A stretch of DNA of 64,000 nt from an uncultured delta proteobacterium (GTDB lineage Bacteria > Desulfobacterota > Desulfomonilia > UBA1062), in the NCBI GenBank assembly GCA_963752595.1, contig CAVVYZ010000019.1, positions 61,102-125,101 on the forward strand. The letters are read 5' to 3'. Under the pieces are notes generated by a model. The model did no database searches, was not told the DNA's origin, and saw nothing but the letters and a program-made list of their open reading frames with translations. Below are positions 28,421 through 38,662 of the stretch, in pieces. The position numbers were made by a program, and so were the translations under genes. Numbering within the stretch: the first letter of the stretch is position 1; each line of letters opens with the position of its first letter.

Positions 28421-29651
28421 CTATCCTTTCCCGAATCATCAAGGATACGTTCTGACCGCCGAAGCCGAAGGAATTGTTCAGGCAGTATGATACCTCGGCG
28501 CGTAACAGCCTTGTTGGGTATATAATTCAGATCGCATTCAGGGTCAGGATTGTCAAGGTTGATGGTGGGCGGAGATGGAGCCGTGCTGCATGGCAAGGAT
28601 GCAGATTACGGCCTCCAGGCTTGCCGCCCCGCCGATGAGGTGGCCGGTCATGGATTTGGTGGAGCTGATGGGGACTGAGCTTGCATGATCGCCGAATACC
28701 TTTTTGACGGCAAGCGTCTCGATCTTGTCATTGAGCTGGGTGGAGGTACCGTGGGCATTGATATATCCGATATCGGAAGGCGCTATGCCCGCATCCCGTA
28801 TCGCTTTCTCAATGGCGTACACTACCGCTGTACCTTCAGGGTCCGGCGCGACCATGTGGTAGGCATCCACGCTCATGCCGATGCCCTTAGAGCACCGCAA
28901 GGATCTCTGCACCCCTGGCATGTGCCTTGTCATAGTCTTCCAGCACGAGGACTGCCCCGCCTTCGGACATGACGAAGCCGTCCCGATCGATGGAGAAGGG
29001 GCGGCTCGCCTTCCTCGGCTCGTCGTTTCTGGTGGAAAGCGCCCTCATGGAAGCGAATGCCGCGATGGAAAACGGTGTAAGGCACGCCTCCACGCCTCCT
29101 GCCACCATGCAGTCGGCATCGCCTGCCTGGATAAGCCGGGTTGCGATGGCGATGGCATGGCCTCCGGTTGCGCATGCGGACGAGAGGCTGAAACCGGGAC
29201 CCTTTGCCTGGATTCTCTTGGCGAGCTCTGCAGGACCTGTGTTCGTGATGAACATGGGGACGGTCATGGGCGAGACCCTCCGGGCCCCGCGGGTATGGAA
29301 AATGTTCATCTGCTCTTCGATGGTAGCCATTCCGCCTGAACCGGAGCCGATGAGCACGCCGATCCTGTAGCCGGGATACGTATCAGGCGTCAGGCGTGCG
29401 TGCCGGTATGCATCGAGACCGGCAGTGAAAGCCATCTGGGAATACCGGTCCATGTGGCGCAGTTCTTTGTTCCCCAGGTACCGGCCCGGATCGAACCCTG
29501 CAGCTCTCCCACCGAAAGTGACCGGCAGCTCGGAAAATTCCTGAACTGAGTCTATGCCTGAATTTCCTTGTACGAGGTTATCCCAGAGGGTCCTGGTATC
29601 GCTGCCGAGAGGGGATACTACACCTATTCCGGTGATAGCGATCTGCTTCAT
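28421..29651 (-). CDS. fabF: Beta-ketoacyl-ACP synthase II (frameshifts in the 3' third)
   Basis: ITGIGVVSPLG, SACATG, DRDGFVMSEG, YINAHGTST, STKSMTGH and NSFGFGGQN. Confidence 0.92.
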
Positions 29652-29658
29652 GCAGGAA

Positions 29659-29892
29659 TCATAGCTTTGATTTGACGTAATTGATGGCATCCTTTACAAA
29701 CTTGATTTTTTCAGCCTCCTCATCGGGAATCTCAATGTTGAATTCCTCTTCCACGGTCATGATGAGCTCGACCAGGTCAAGGGAGTCTGCACCGAGATCA
29801 TCGGCAAAGGACATCTCGGCCGTGATGTCGGCGACATCCTTGTCCAGCTGCTCCGCGATAAGCTCAATGATGCGTTGTGCAACATCTACCAT
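29659..29892 (-). CDS. acpP: Acyl carrier protein
   Basis: [12 protein letters not shown] phosphopantetheine site; 77 aa, acidic. Confidence 0.97.
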   Translation of the reverse strand: MVDVAQRIIELIAEQLDKDVADITAEMSFADDLGADSLDLVELIMTVEEEFNIEIPDEEAEKIKFVKDAINYVKSKL

Positions 29893-29935
29893 GAATACAG
29901 TCCTCCTTTATCTTTCTATAGCCTCTTCGTAAGAA

Positions 29936-30677
29936 TCATGTATAAAGCCCGCCATCAATAATGAGAACCTGACCCGTGATATAAGAGCTCAAATCAGAAC
30001 AGAGAAAGGCAACCGCCCCCGCGACATCGCCCGGACTACCGATCCGCCTCAGCGGGATCTGCCCGACCAGATGGGCCTGCATCCATACCCCTGGTCATAT
30101 CGGTTTCAACCAGACCCGGCGCCACGGCATTCACGAGTATCCCCTTCGGTCCCAGCTCTTTCGCAAGGCTCTTGGTAAAGCCGATGAGCCCTGCCTTGGT
30201 TGCGGCATACACGCTCTGCCCCGCATTGCCACCCAAACCAACAATGGAAGAAATATTTACAATTCTTCCACACTTCTGCTTTAGCATAGAACGCGAAGCG
30301 TGAAAAGAACATAAAATTGAACCCTTAAGATTTACACTTACCATGTCGTCAATATCGCTGCTTTTTACCCTGAGCAGGAGGCCGTCCTTTGACATGCCTG
30401 CATTGTTCACCAGGATATCGAGACGGCCGTGACGGCTCACGATATCCTGGAATGCCTGCTTCACCTGTTCCTCACCGGTGATATCGAAGCACAAGGCCTC
30501 GGCGCTCCCGCCCGAACCCTGGATGGAACGCACCACCTCTTCGGCCTTGTCTTTATTTTCCCGGTAATTCACCACCACATGGGCACCGCAGGATGCAAGC
30601 GCTGCTGCGATGGAAGCGCCGATCCCCCGGGATGCGCCCGTGACCAGGGCAATTTTGTTTTTGAGATCAATGACCAT
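29936..30677 (-). CDS. fabG: 3-oxoacyl-ACP reductase (frameshift near 30060)
   Basis: [24 protein letters not shown]; C-terminus [14 protein letters not shown] in a shifted frame ending at TGA 29936. Confidence 0.92.
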
Positions 30678-31521
30678 AGGCGGTTATTACCTCCACGCGT
30701 GCATCCGGGACGATCTTCCTGACCATGGGTGCGAGCACGGATTTCGGCCCGATCTCGATGAAACGGTCGATCCCTTTTGCGGCTGCGTATCTGACGGATT
30801 TCTCCCACTGGACCGATGAGACGAGCTGATCGGCCAGGAGATCTTTGATTTTCTCCGGAGCTGATTCTTCTCCGGCAACAGCGTTGAAAACCATGCGGGT
30901 TTTTGGGCTTTGTATGCGGACGCTTTTCAGATATTCCCGCAAGGATTTCCGGGCCGGCTCCATGAACGGGCAGTGCGACGAAACGGCCACGTTCAAGGGG
31001 ATAATCTTTTTGGCCCCCTTTTCTTTCAGCAACGGGGCGGCTTTTTGCATTGCGGATGCGGTGCCGGAAATCACGATCTGTGAGTTGGTGTTGATATTGG
31101 CTACCCAGACGCCGTCCAGCGCCTCAAGCACTTCAGATACACCGTCGGCGGACAATCCCAGCACGGCAGCCATGGCGCCTTCTCCCTGAGCCATGGCGTT
31201 TTCCATGGCAGACGCCCTGGCACTGACCAGTGTGTAGCATTCCTGCAGAGAGAGTGCGCCCGAGGCTACGAGGGCCATATATTCGCCGAGGCTGTGGCCC
31301 ATTACCAGTGCAGGGGTATTTAACGCGCAGGAATCCCAGAGAGCTGCAGTAACCGCGAACACAGCCTTCTGAGCATTGATTGTTTGTGTAAGTATGTCTT
31401 CCGGGCCTTCTGCCATGAGGCTGATGAGGGCATCATCACCGATCCAGTTCAGGTCGAGCCCCACCGACATACCCGGGAATTGAGTACCTTGACCTGGGAA
31501 TATCAGGCAATACGGCATCAC
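30667..31521 (-). CDS. fabD: Malonyl-CoA:ACP transacylase
   Basis: FPGQG, GHSLGEY, ANIN..QIVISG, SHCPFM and FIEIGP. Confidence 0.95.
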   Translation of the reverse strand: MMPYCLIFPGQGTQFPGMSVGLDLNWIGDDALISLMAEGPEDILTQTINAQKAVFAVTAALWDSCALNTPALVMGHSLGEYMALVASGALSLQECYTLVSARASAMENAMAQGEGAMAAVLGLSADGVSEVLEALDGVWVANINTNSQIVISGTASAMQKAAPLLKEKGAKKIIPLNVAVSSHCPFMEPARKSLREYLKSVRIQSPKTRMVFNAVAGEESAPEKIKDLLADQLVSSVQWEKSVRYAAAKGIDRFIEIGPKSVLAPMVRKIVPDARVEVITAYGH

Positions 31522-31530
31522 ATACCTTTA

Positions 31531-31713
31531 TCAGGATTCAGAGACCTTGATCACCTCTTTGCCGTTGTAGTATCCGCAGGCTTTGCAGATCCTGTGCGGG
31601 GACTTGGGCTCCTTGCAGTTGGGGCAGAAGGATGACGCGGGTGCGTCGATCGCATCATGTGCTCTGCGCTTGTCTCTTCTTGTTCCTGAGTGTCTCCTCT
31701 TTGGTAAGGGCAT
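31531..31713 (-). CDS. rpmF: 50S ribosomal protein L32
   Basis: MPLPKRRHS..RRDKRR, CPNC...HRICKACGYY. Confidence 0.96.
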   Translation of the reverse strand: MPLPKRRHSGTRRDKRRAHDAIDAPASSFCPNCKEPKSPHRICKACGYYNGKEVIKVSES

Positions 31714-31717
31714 TGCT

Positions 31718-32278
31718 TTACTTCCTCCTGATCTTATCTTTGAGATCCCCTAATTTCTGCATCCTGGGATCTACCGGCGTTTCACAGCGGCACTCTTCCC
31801 GGTTGAGATTAGCCCCGCATCCGGGGCAGAGGCCTTTGCATTCTTCGTTGCATATATACCGGATGGGCAAAGCCAGAACCAGCTCGGAAACAATGTAATC
31901 GCCTAAGCGGACATTCTTCCGGTAATATCCGGTCTCACTGCTCGACCTTTCTGCCTCAAGATCTTTGGCCATCTCCGGCAGCGCAGGTATATAGTCGGTA
32001 TCGAGATGAAGTTCCACCTTGTGGGTCATGGGCTCCAGGCACCTCGAGCAGAACGTATCAACCTCTCCGTGGATGTCCACATCGGCGTGGATGGTATCCG
32101 AACCCTCTTCCCGCTCCACTACGTAATGAACGTGAAAGGGCTTGGAGACCTTCAGGTCCTCGTCCTTGAAGACCTCGCTCATGACCTCGGGCGAGATGGA
32201 GACCTCGTTTTCGATCCCTGCCTCCGGAATTGTCTCCGGGGCGATAATGATATCTTCCAAACGCTTTATCTTTTCCAC
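31718..32278 (-). CDS. YceD/DUF177 family protein
   Basis: CSRCL, LALP and CKGLCPGCGANLN...C.C...DPR; directly upstream of rpmF. Confidence 0.92.
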   Translation of the reverse strand: MEKIKRLEDIIIAPETIPEAGIENEVSISPEVMSEVFKDEDLKVSKPFHVHYVVEREEGSDTIHADVDIHGEVDTFCSRCLEPMTHKVELHLDTDYIPALPEMAKDLEAERSSSETGYYRKNVRLGDYIVSELVLALPIRYICNEECKGLCPGCGANLNREECRCETPVDPRMQKLGDLKDKIRRK

Positions 32279-32404
32279 AATTCACAAGCTACTATTTCAT
32301 AGTTGGGAGTTTGTCAAGAAGACATGCTTCGTAGGAAGAAGAAAATATATCCAATGGCTATGAAGTATTGACACGACCACCAGGGGCGTATAGGGATAGT
32401 TCAC

Positions 32405-33313
32405 ATGAATATCGGAATTACTGCGTGGCTCGACGGACAATTCATCGATTGCTCCCAGGCGACTGTCCCCCTCCTCTCCCACAGCTTCAGCAGGGGCTCC
32501 GGCGTTTTCGAGGTCATGGCGGTCACGTCCGCGATCAAAGGTCCTGCCTTCTTCTGTCTTCAGGAACACGTGGAACGGTTCTTTTACAGCGCCGAGCAGG
32601 CCTACATGGAGCTTCCCTATACGAAAGAGGCCATCACGAAAGCCCTCACCGAGCTTGCGCGGAAAAACTCCGTAAAGAACGGCCTCGCAAAATTCTATGC
32701 CTACTACCCGGACATCGAGCTCGGCACGACGCCATCGAATCATATCTCGGTCGCCATCTTCTGCCTTGATTATTCCCATCCGGGCATCAGGTGGCACACG
32801 CCCAGTGAGAGCGTGACCGTGGGCATCTCCAAGTACCGCAAGCTGCATCCGTTAACCACCTCGGTCCACGCAAAGGTTGCCGGGAATTATGTGAACGGAT
32901 ACCTGGCCCGCATGGAGATCAAGCGCAGGGGCTTTGACGACGTGCTCATGCTGGATACGAACGGTTTCGTCGCAGAAGGACCGACCTCCAATATCTTCCT
33001 CATCAGGGGCACGAGCGTAGAGACACCCACTATCGAAAGTGTGCTGCCCGGCATCACCAGGAGGGTGATCATGGAGATCCTCGACGACATGGGATATCCG
33101 GAAAAGGAATCCCACATCCGACCCGAAGACCTTCAGAAGTATGAGGAAGCCTTCTTTTCCGGCACCCTGAACCCGGTCCTGCCCATCGCACGGATCGAGA
33201 ACAAGGAGTTTACCTGCCCCGGCCCCATGACGCGCGAGATCCAAAGCCGGATGAAAGAAGTGCTGGCCGGAAAATCCCAGCGGTACGAAAAGTTCCTGAC
33301 CTATATTTTATAA
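32405..33313 (+). CDS. ilvE: Class IV aminotransferase (branched-chain amino acid aminotransferase-like)
   Basis: GVFE, HVERF, AKVAGNYVNG (PLP lysine), EGPTSNIF, LPGITR and EAFFSGT. Confidence 0.85.
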   Translation: MNIGITAWLDGQFIDCSQATVPLLSHSFSRGSGVFEVMAVTSAIKGPAFFCLQEHVERFFYSAEQAYMELPYTKEAITKALTELARKNSVKNGLAKFYAYYPDIELGTTPSNHISVAIFCLDYSHPGIRWHTPSESVTVGISKYRKLHPLTTSVHAKVAGNYVNGYLARMEIKRRGFDDVLMLDTNGFVAEGPTSNIFLIRGTSVETPTIESVLPGITRRVIMEILDDMGYPEKESHIRPEDLQKYEEAFFSGTLNPVLPIARIENKEFTCPGPMTREIQSRMKEVLAGKSQRYEKFLTYIL

Positions 33314-33486
33314 AGAAGCCGGTATCTTTAAATTATAAGAATCGTACCGGACAGGCCTTTTCCCTTATCACCGAAGCGAGTGTTTCGATTTAAAAATGCT
33401 TGAGCAAGAACCGTTGAGCCCCTGATTATCCAGGCCTATTACCTCTTGACAACCGTCCGCAATCGTCATAGATACTTTTTTCATGT

Positions 33487-33562
33487 TCCTCGGTAGCTCA
33501 ATTGGCAGAGCGGGTGACTGTTAATCACTAGGTTGCAGGTTCAAGTCCTGCCCGGGGAGCCA
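33487..33562 (+). tRNA. tRNA-Asn(GTT)
   Basis: 76-nt cloverleaf: TCCTCGG/CCGGGGA acceptor stem, GGTGA-CTGTTAA-TCACT anticodon arm, GGTTCAAGTCC T-arm, encoded CCA. Confidence 0.97.
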
Positions 33563-33793
33563 AATTCTTTTGGTTACGGGTTCTGCCCTTTCTTCTCCCT
33601 CGCTCCATTTTTTATTCAATGCATGATGTCTCACAGGCTCATCAGTACAGTTCCCCACCCAAGCGAACCGTTATTCGGATCTGAGGCGCGATAGCATATT
33701 TACCTGTACCTGTATCAGACTGTCCCATTGTACCCATTTGGCGCTATCCGATCATCCCGAAGAATCACTTGTATCTTTCGCCATGAAAGACTT

Positions 33794-36535
33794 TTATTTC
33801 CTGGTCTGCATTCGTCCTTTTCTCCTGAACCAGAGCCTCATGAGAGCCTTTTCCAGCTCCACCAGCAGGAACACGGCAAGGCCCGCCCCTATGATCCAGC
33901 CCCATTCCACGGCGGGGATAGGGACCGTTCCGAACAGTCTATGGGACACGCCCAGGTAGGTGAAACCGAGCTGGAATATGACAAGCACGGCGACTGCGAT
34001 CAGCGCCGGGTTGTTGCCTCTAAAGACATGGAAGCCCAGCGCTGAGCTCGTGAGGAAGCGCGTGTTGAAAAGATAAAACATCTCGCCTGCCACCAGCATG
34101 TTCACGGCCACGGTCCGGGATGCCTCGATGCTCGCCCCGGACCCGAGTCGCTCGTTGAATAGCATGATCACGGCTGCCCCGATAATTACGGAAACGAAAA
34201 CGATGCGCCAGAGCAGGTATCCGGAGAGGATCGGTTCATCGGGCTGCCTGGGCGGGCGCTGCATGATGTCCTTTTCTGCGGGCTCAAAGGCAAGGGCAAG
34301 GGCAAGGGTCACGGAGGTTATCATGTTCACCCACAGGATCTGAATCGGCGTTATGGGGAGGGATTCGAAGAGAATGATCACGGCGGTGATGACAACGAGC
34401 GATTCGGCCCCGTTGGTGGGCAGGATAAACAGGATCGTCTTGACCAGATTGTCGTAGATGGTCCTGCCCTCTTCCACGGCCTTCTCGATGGTGGCAAAGT
34501 TGTCGTCGGCAAGGACCACGTCCGACGCCTCCTTGGTGGCCTCGGTCCCTTTGATGCCCATAGCTATGCCCACATCGGCCCGCTTGAGCGCCGGTGCATC
34601 GTTGACGCCGTCGCCGGTCATGGCCACCACGTGGCCCCTTGACTGCAGCGCCTCCATGATGCGCAGCTTGTGCTCCGGGCTGGATCTGGCGAAGACATCG
34701 TTCTCTTCTACCAGGCGGACCAGCTCCGGGCCTTCTGCCTTCTCAAGGTCTCTGCCGGAAACTGCATTCCGGCCGTCACCGATTCCCATGGAAGCAGCGA
34801 TGCTGCGGGCTGTTAAGACGTGGTCGCCGGTGATCATTTTGACCTTGATGCCTGCATTGCGGCATTTTTCAATGGCGATAGCGGCCTCCTGGCGTGGCGG
34901 GTCGATGATACCCACGAGCCCGAAAAGTGTCAGACCCCTGATATCCACTTCCTTGAAGGATCGGGCATTGCCGGCCTTTTTTACGGCAATGGCCAGCACC
35001 CGGTGACCGCTTTCAGCCAACTCCTCCTCGCTCTTTGCCCATCTTTTCCTGTCCAGGGGCGCTTCCCCCAGCCCCGTTCGCTGGGTCGCGCACATGTCCA
35101 GCACACGTTCGGGTGCACCCTTGACATAGGCAACGGATTCTCCACCCGGCTCACGGTTCAGGCTTGCCATATAGCGCCGTTCAGATTCAAAGGGGATCTC
35201 ATCCAGCCTGGGGCGGATTTCCAGCTCCTCACTCCGGGTCATCCCTGCCTTGCCTGCGAGCACTAGCACGCTTGCCTCAGTGGGCATTCCCTCGATGACC
35301 CAATTGCCGTTCTCCCGGCGCAAGCGGGCGTCACTGGCCAACAGCCCTGCCCGTATGAGGTCGATCAGCAAGGGATCTTTCCTTGGTGAGACACTCCGGC
35401 CTTTGAGAATGAACTCGCCTTCCGGCTTGAAGCCCACCCCTCCCACCGAGTAGATCCCGTCAAGGAATGCAACCCTGGATACGGTCATCTCGTTACGGGT
35501 CAGTGTCCCGGTCTTGTCCGAGCAGATGACCGTTACCGAGCCGAGAGTTTCTACTGAAGGCAGCCTGCGGATGATGGCATTCTGCCTGGACATGCGCTGC
35601 ACACCCAAAGCCAGCGTGATAGTGATGACTGCGGGAAGCCCTTCGGGAATGGCTGCCACAGCCAGGCCGACCACGATCATGAACATGTCCTCGGCAGCGA
35701 AACCGCGCAGGAAGTATCCCAGCGCAAATACCACCGCACTGAGCAGCACGATGGCTACAGAGAGAATGCGGCCGAAGGAATCGATCTTGCTCAGGAGCGG
35801 CGTACTCATCACCTCCACCCGGGCGACCATCTCGCTGATGCGGCCGATCTCGGTCCGGCTTCCCGTGGCCGTCACCACGCCCTGAAGCCTGCCGCTGGTG
35901 ACCACCGTGCTTGAGTAGGCCATGTTTTTCCTGTCACCCAAAGACGCATCCTCATCAACGGGCTCGACCTGCTTGTCCACCGGTTCGGATTCGCCGGTCA
36001 GTGCAGCCTCCTCCAGCTGTGCGTTCCGGGCGCTCAAAATTCTCAAGTCTGCCGGTACTCGATCTCCGGATTTCAGCATCACGATATCGCCGGGGACAAC
36101 CTCTTCTGCAGGGATTTCGCGTTCCTCGCCGTCTCGCCGCACCGTGGCCTTTAGCGAGAGCATGCGCCGGATAGACTCCATTGCCTGCTCGGCCTTACCC
36201 TCCTGGATAACGCCGATAATCGCATTGATGATCACAACGCCAAGTATGACGCCGGTATCAGCCCACTCGGCCAGAAAAGCCGTGAAGAATGCGGACCCCA
36301 AGAGGATATAGATGAGCACGTTGTTGAACTGGTTGAAGAATTTTATCAATATCCCGGGTTTCTTTTCGAAGGGCAGCTCGTTGGGCCCGTACTCCTCCAG
36401 CCTCTGCCGGGCCTCATCCCTGCTCAACCCATGCTCGCCGGCACGCAGGATTGACAAGACCCCGTCTCTTTCCATGGCGTGCCAGGGCAGTATCTGACTG
36501 TTCCCGTTCCGGCCTGTTGTTTCGTCCTTCATCAT
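33794..36535 (-). CDS. Cation-transporting P-type ATPase (P2A, Ca2+-type)
   Basis: LTGES, AIPEGLP, CSDKTGT, KGAPE, MITGD, MTGDGVNDAPAL and QILWVN. Confidence 0.93.
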   Translation of the reverse strand: MMKDETTGRNGNSQILPWHAMERDGVLSILRAGEHGLSRDEARQRLEEYGPNELPFEKKPGILIKFFNQFNNVLIYILLGSAFFTAFLAEWADTGVILGVVIINAIIGVIQEGKAEQAMESIRRMLSLKATVRRDGEEREIPAEEVVPGDIVMLKSGDRVPADLRILSARNAQLEEAALTGESEPVDKQVEPVDEDASLGDRKNMAYSSTVVTSGRLQGVVTATGSRTEIGRISEMVARVEVMSTPLLSKIDSFGRILSVAIVLLSAVVFALGYFLRGFAAEDMFMIVVGLAVAAIPEGLPAVITITLALGVQRMSRQNAIIRRLPSVETLGSVTVICSDKTGTLTRNEMTVSRVAFLDGIYSVGGVGFKPEGEFILKGRSVSPRKDPLLIDLIRAGLLASDARLRRENGNWVIEGMPTEASVLVLAGKAGMTRSEELEIRPRLDEIPFESERRYMASLNREPGGESVAYVKGAPERVLDMCATQRTGLGEAPLDRKRWAKSEEELAESGHRVLAIAVKKAGNARSFKEVDIRGLTLFGLVGIIDPPRQEAAIAIEKCRNAGIKVKMITGDHVLTARSIAASMGIGDGRNAVSGRDLEKAEGPELVRLVEENDVFARSSPEHKLRIMEALQSRGHVVAMTGDGVNDAPALKRADVGIAMGIKGTEATKEASDVVLADDNFATIEKAVEEGRTIYDNLVKTILFILPTNGAESLVVITAVIILFESLPITPIQILWVNMITSVTLALALAFEPAEKDIMQRPPRQPDEPILSGYLLWRIVFVSVIIGAAVIMLFNERLGSGASIEASRTVAVNMLVAGEMFYLFNTRFLTSSALGFHVFRGNNPALIAVAVLVIFQLGFTYLGVSHRLFGTVPIPAVEWGWIIGAGLAVFLLVELEKALMRLWFRRKGRMQTRK

Positions 36536-36649
36536 AGGATATCGCTCCGTGTGAAAGTCAGTGTGATCATGATGGTCGCTGCGCAAACGTTACTTGGATA
36601 AATAAATAATGGGATAACAGGCAGGTGGCAACTTGGCTGCTGTGCGATC

Positions 36650-36691
36650 TTGACACCGGGGGAGATAAAATATTAGGTTAGCTAACCTAAT
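36650..36691 (+). promoter_or_regulatory. Promoter with a perfect 20-bp palindromic MarR-type operator
   Basis: TTGACA at 36650-36655; ATTAGGTTAGCTAACCTAAT (36672-36691) covers the expected -10 region, 15 bp before the marR-family ATG. Confidence 0.75.
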
Positions 36692-36706
36692 GTTGAGGGG
36701 GTATGC

Positions 36707-37261
36707 ATGGAATCTACAACGGAAGCCGAACCGTCGAAGCACCGCCAGGATTACGACCTCGATGAGCTTGCTTTAAGAGTCATGATGCGAAGCACACGCT
36801 TCATCCGGCAGATCATGGAGCCTTTTTTCTACAGCTTGGGAATAAGCCTGTCCCAGTGGGTGATGATGCGCATCATGCTTAAGCATGAAGACGAGACGGG
36901 CGGGCCTGTGCGGATGGTCGATCTCTGCGGCAAGCTCATGATCAGGCAGCCTACCCTGACCGCCGTGATCAACAGGCTCGTGCTGCTCGGCCTGGTAGAA
37001 CGCGTCTCCCGGGCAGAAGCGTACCGCGGAAGGTTTGTCGCTTTGTCTCCGGAAGGGAGGGCATTGGTGAATAAAGCGCACGAGATGCACCGTGTAAACA
37101 TTCAGGGCTTGTTCCGCGTCTGGAACGATGATGATAAAGAGCGGATCCTCGAGTTGTTTGAAAGGCTGGAGAATCACCTGATGGACACTATCAGGCAGTA
37201 TCAACAATCCGGACACGGCCGGGCTGATTACAAAGGGAACGCCTCCAGGGGTAAATCATGA
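36707..37261 (+). CDS. MarR-family transcriptional regulator
   Basis: GISLSQW, PTLTAVINRLVLLGLVER and VALSPEGR winged-HTH pattern; heads an efflux operon. Confidence 0.85.
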   Translation: MESTTEAEPSKHRQDYDLDELALRVMMRSTRFIRQIMEPFFYSLGISLSQWVMMRIMLKHEDETGGPVRMVDLCGKLMIRQPTLTAVINRLVLLGLVERVSRAEAYRGRFVALSPEGRALVNKAHEMHRVNIQGLFRVWNDDDKERILELFERLENHLMDTIRQYQQSGHGRADYKGNASRGKS

Positions 37262-38607
37262 AGAGAATTATTACATGGGTTATGATAATCGCTTTTGTCG
37301 GGGGAGCTGCCACCTGCGGTGCCTTATGGTCGCGCTCCTCGAAAAAAGGGAATACGAACTACCGCACGGCCCTGGTCAGACAGGGCGATCTTGCGGAAAC
37401 CATCGGCGCCACGGGCACGGTCGAGCCGGAAGACCTGATCGACGTCGGCGCACAGGTTGCCGGGAGGATCACCGAGTTCGGCAAAGACCGTTCCGGAGCT
37501 GAAATCGATTACGGCTCCGAGATAAAGGCGGGCGCGGTCATGGCCCGCATCGACGACACGGTCTACCGTGCACAGATGGAACAGGCCGAGGCGGCATTGA
37601 ACAGTGCATACGCCGGTCTCGATCGCGCCAGGGCAGACCTTCTGCAGTTAACGGCGAAGAACAATCAGGCCAGGGGCGACTGGGAGCGAGCCCAAAAGCT
37701 GGGTCCATCCGATGCGCTGTCACTGAGCGCTTACGAGGGGTACAGGTCGGCAGCCTCTATCGCTGAGGCAAGCCTTCAGATGGGCAAGGCCGCGATCAGG
37801 CAGGCCGAAGCAAGCATTGTCCAGGCAAAGGCCGACCTCAACCGCGCAAACCAGAATTTGAGCTACTGCACCATCACCTCCCCGGTTGACGGCATCATCA
37901 TCGACCGGCGGGTGAATATCGGCCAGACCGTAGTAGCCAGCCTCAATGCCCCGAGCCTCTTCCTCATTGCCAAGGACTTGAAACGGGTACAGGTCTGGGT
38001 CGCGGTCAATGAGGCGGATATCGGGAACATCCACCCCGGCCAGAGGGCCACCTTCACCGTGGATGCCTACCCCGATGAGCAGTTCCAGGGCAGGGTCGGA
38101 AAGATCCGCCTGAATGCAAGCATGACGCAGAACGTGGTGACCTATACGGTCGAGGTGGCCACGGATAATTCCGACGGCCGGCTCCTGCCGTATCTTACGG
38201 CCAACATGCTGTTCGAAACATCACGGAAGGATAATGTGCTCCTGGTTCCGAGCCAGGCCCTGAAATGGACTCCGCCCGATGAAGCGGCCAAACAGGCTAA
38301 AGATGCCCGTCAGCAGGACGGAAGTCTACGTGCAGACCGTGTTGCCGCCTCCTCTTCTGCCAAGGGATCACGCGATCAGGGTTCGGGAAAGGGAACCGTC
38401 TGGATTCCGGATGGAGCAAACGTAAGGCCCGTCCAGGTCCGTATCGGGATCAGAAGCGGCACTGAGACCGAGGTCAGCGGGCCGGACATCAAGGCGGGCA
38501 TGGCCGTAGTGATCGGCACGAAGTCCAATACAGAAAAAGAACAGCCGAAAGGCTCGACCAATCCTTTCGTGCCCCAGCTTCCGAATCGTGGCGGCAAAAG
38601 GCACTGA
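37258..38607 (+). CDS. MacA-like periplasmic adaptor (membrane fusion protein)
   Basis: ATGTVEP...VGAQVAGRI, coiled-coil hairpin, ITSPVDG, GQTVVASLNAPSLF and NVVTY. Confidence 0.92.
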   Translation: MKRIITWVMIIAFVGGAATCGALWSRSSKKGNTNYRTALVRQGDLAETIGATGTVEPEDLIDVGAQVAGRITEFGKDRSGAEIDYGSEIKAGAVMARIDDTVYRAQMEQAEAALNSAYAGLDRARADLLQLTAKNNQARGDWERAQKLGPSDALSLSAYEGYRSAASIAEASLQMGKAAIRQAEASIVQAKADLNRANQNLSYCTITSPVDGIIIDRRVNIGQTVVASLNAPSLFLIAKDLKRVQVWVAVNEADIGNIHPGQRATFTVDAYPDEQFQGRVGKIRLNASMTQNVVTYTVEVATDNSDGRLLPYLTANMLFETSRKDNVLLVPSQALKWTPPDEAAKQAKDARQQDGSLRADRVAASSSAKGSRDQGSGKGTVWIPDGANVRPVQVRIGIRSGTETEVSGPDIKAGMAVVIGTKSNTEKEQPKGSTNPFVPQLPNRGGKRH

Positions 38608-38662
38608 TCGGGGATACCGTGCCGGGACGCTCCGGAACCTGGAACAAGGAGACGCATACGCA

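Noticed and set aside
36536-36586. His-rich leader (DHHDHTDFH) on the first P-type ATPase suggesting metal sensing
   Set aside because: It requires a TTG start without a clear RBS, and the transport motifs are P2A rather than heavy-metal P1B. Unsupported without homolog data.
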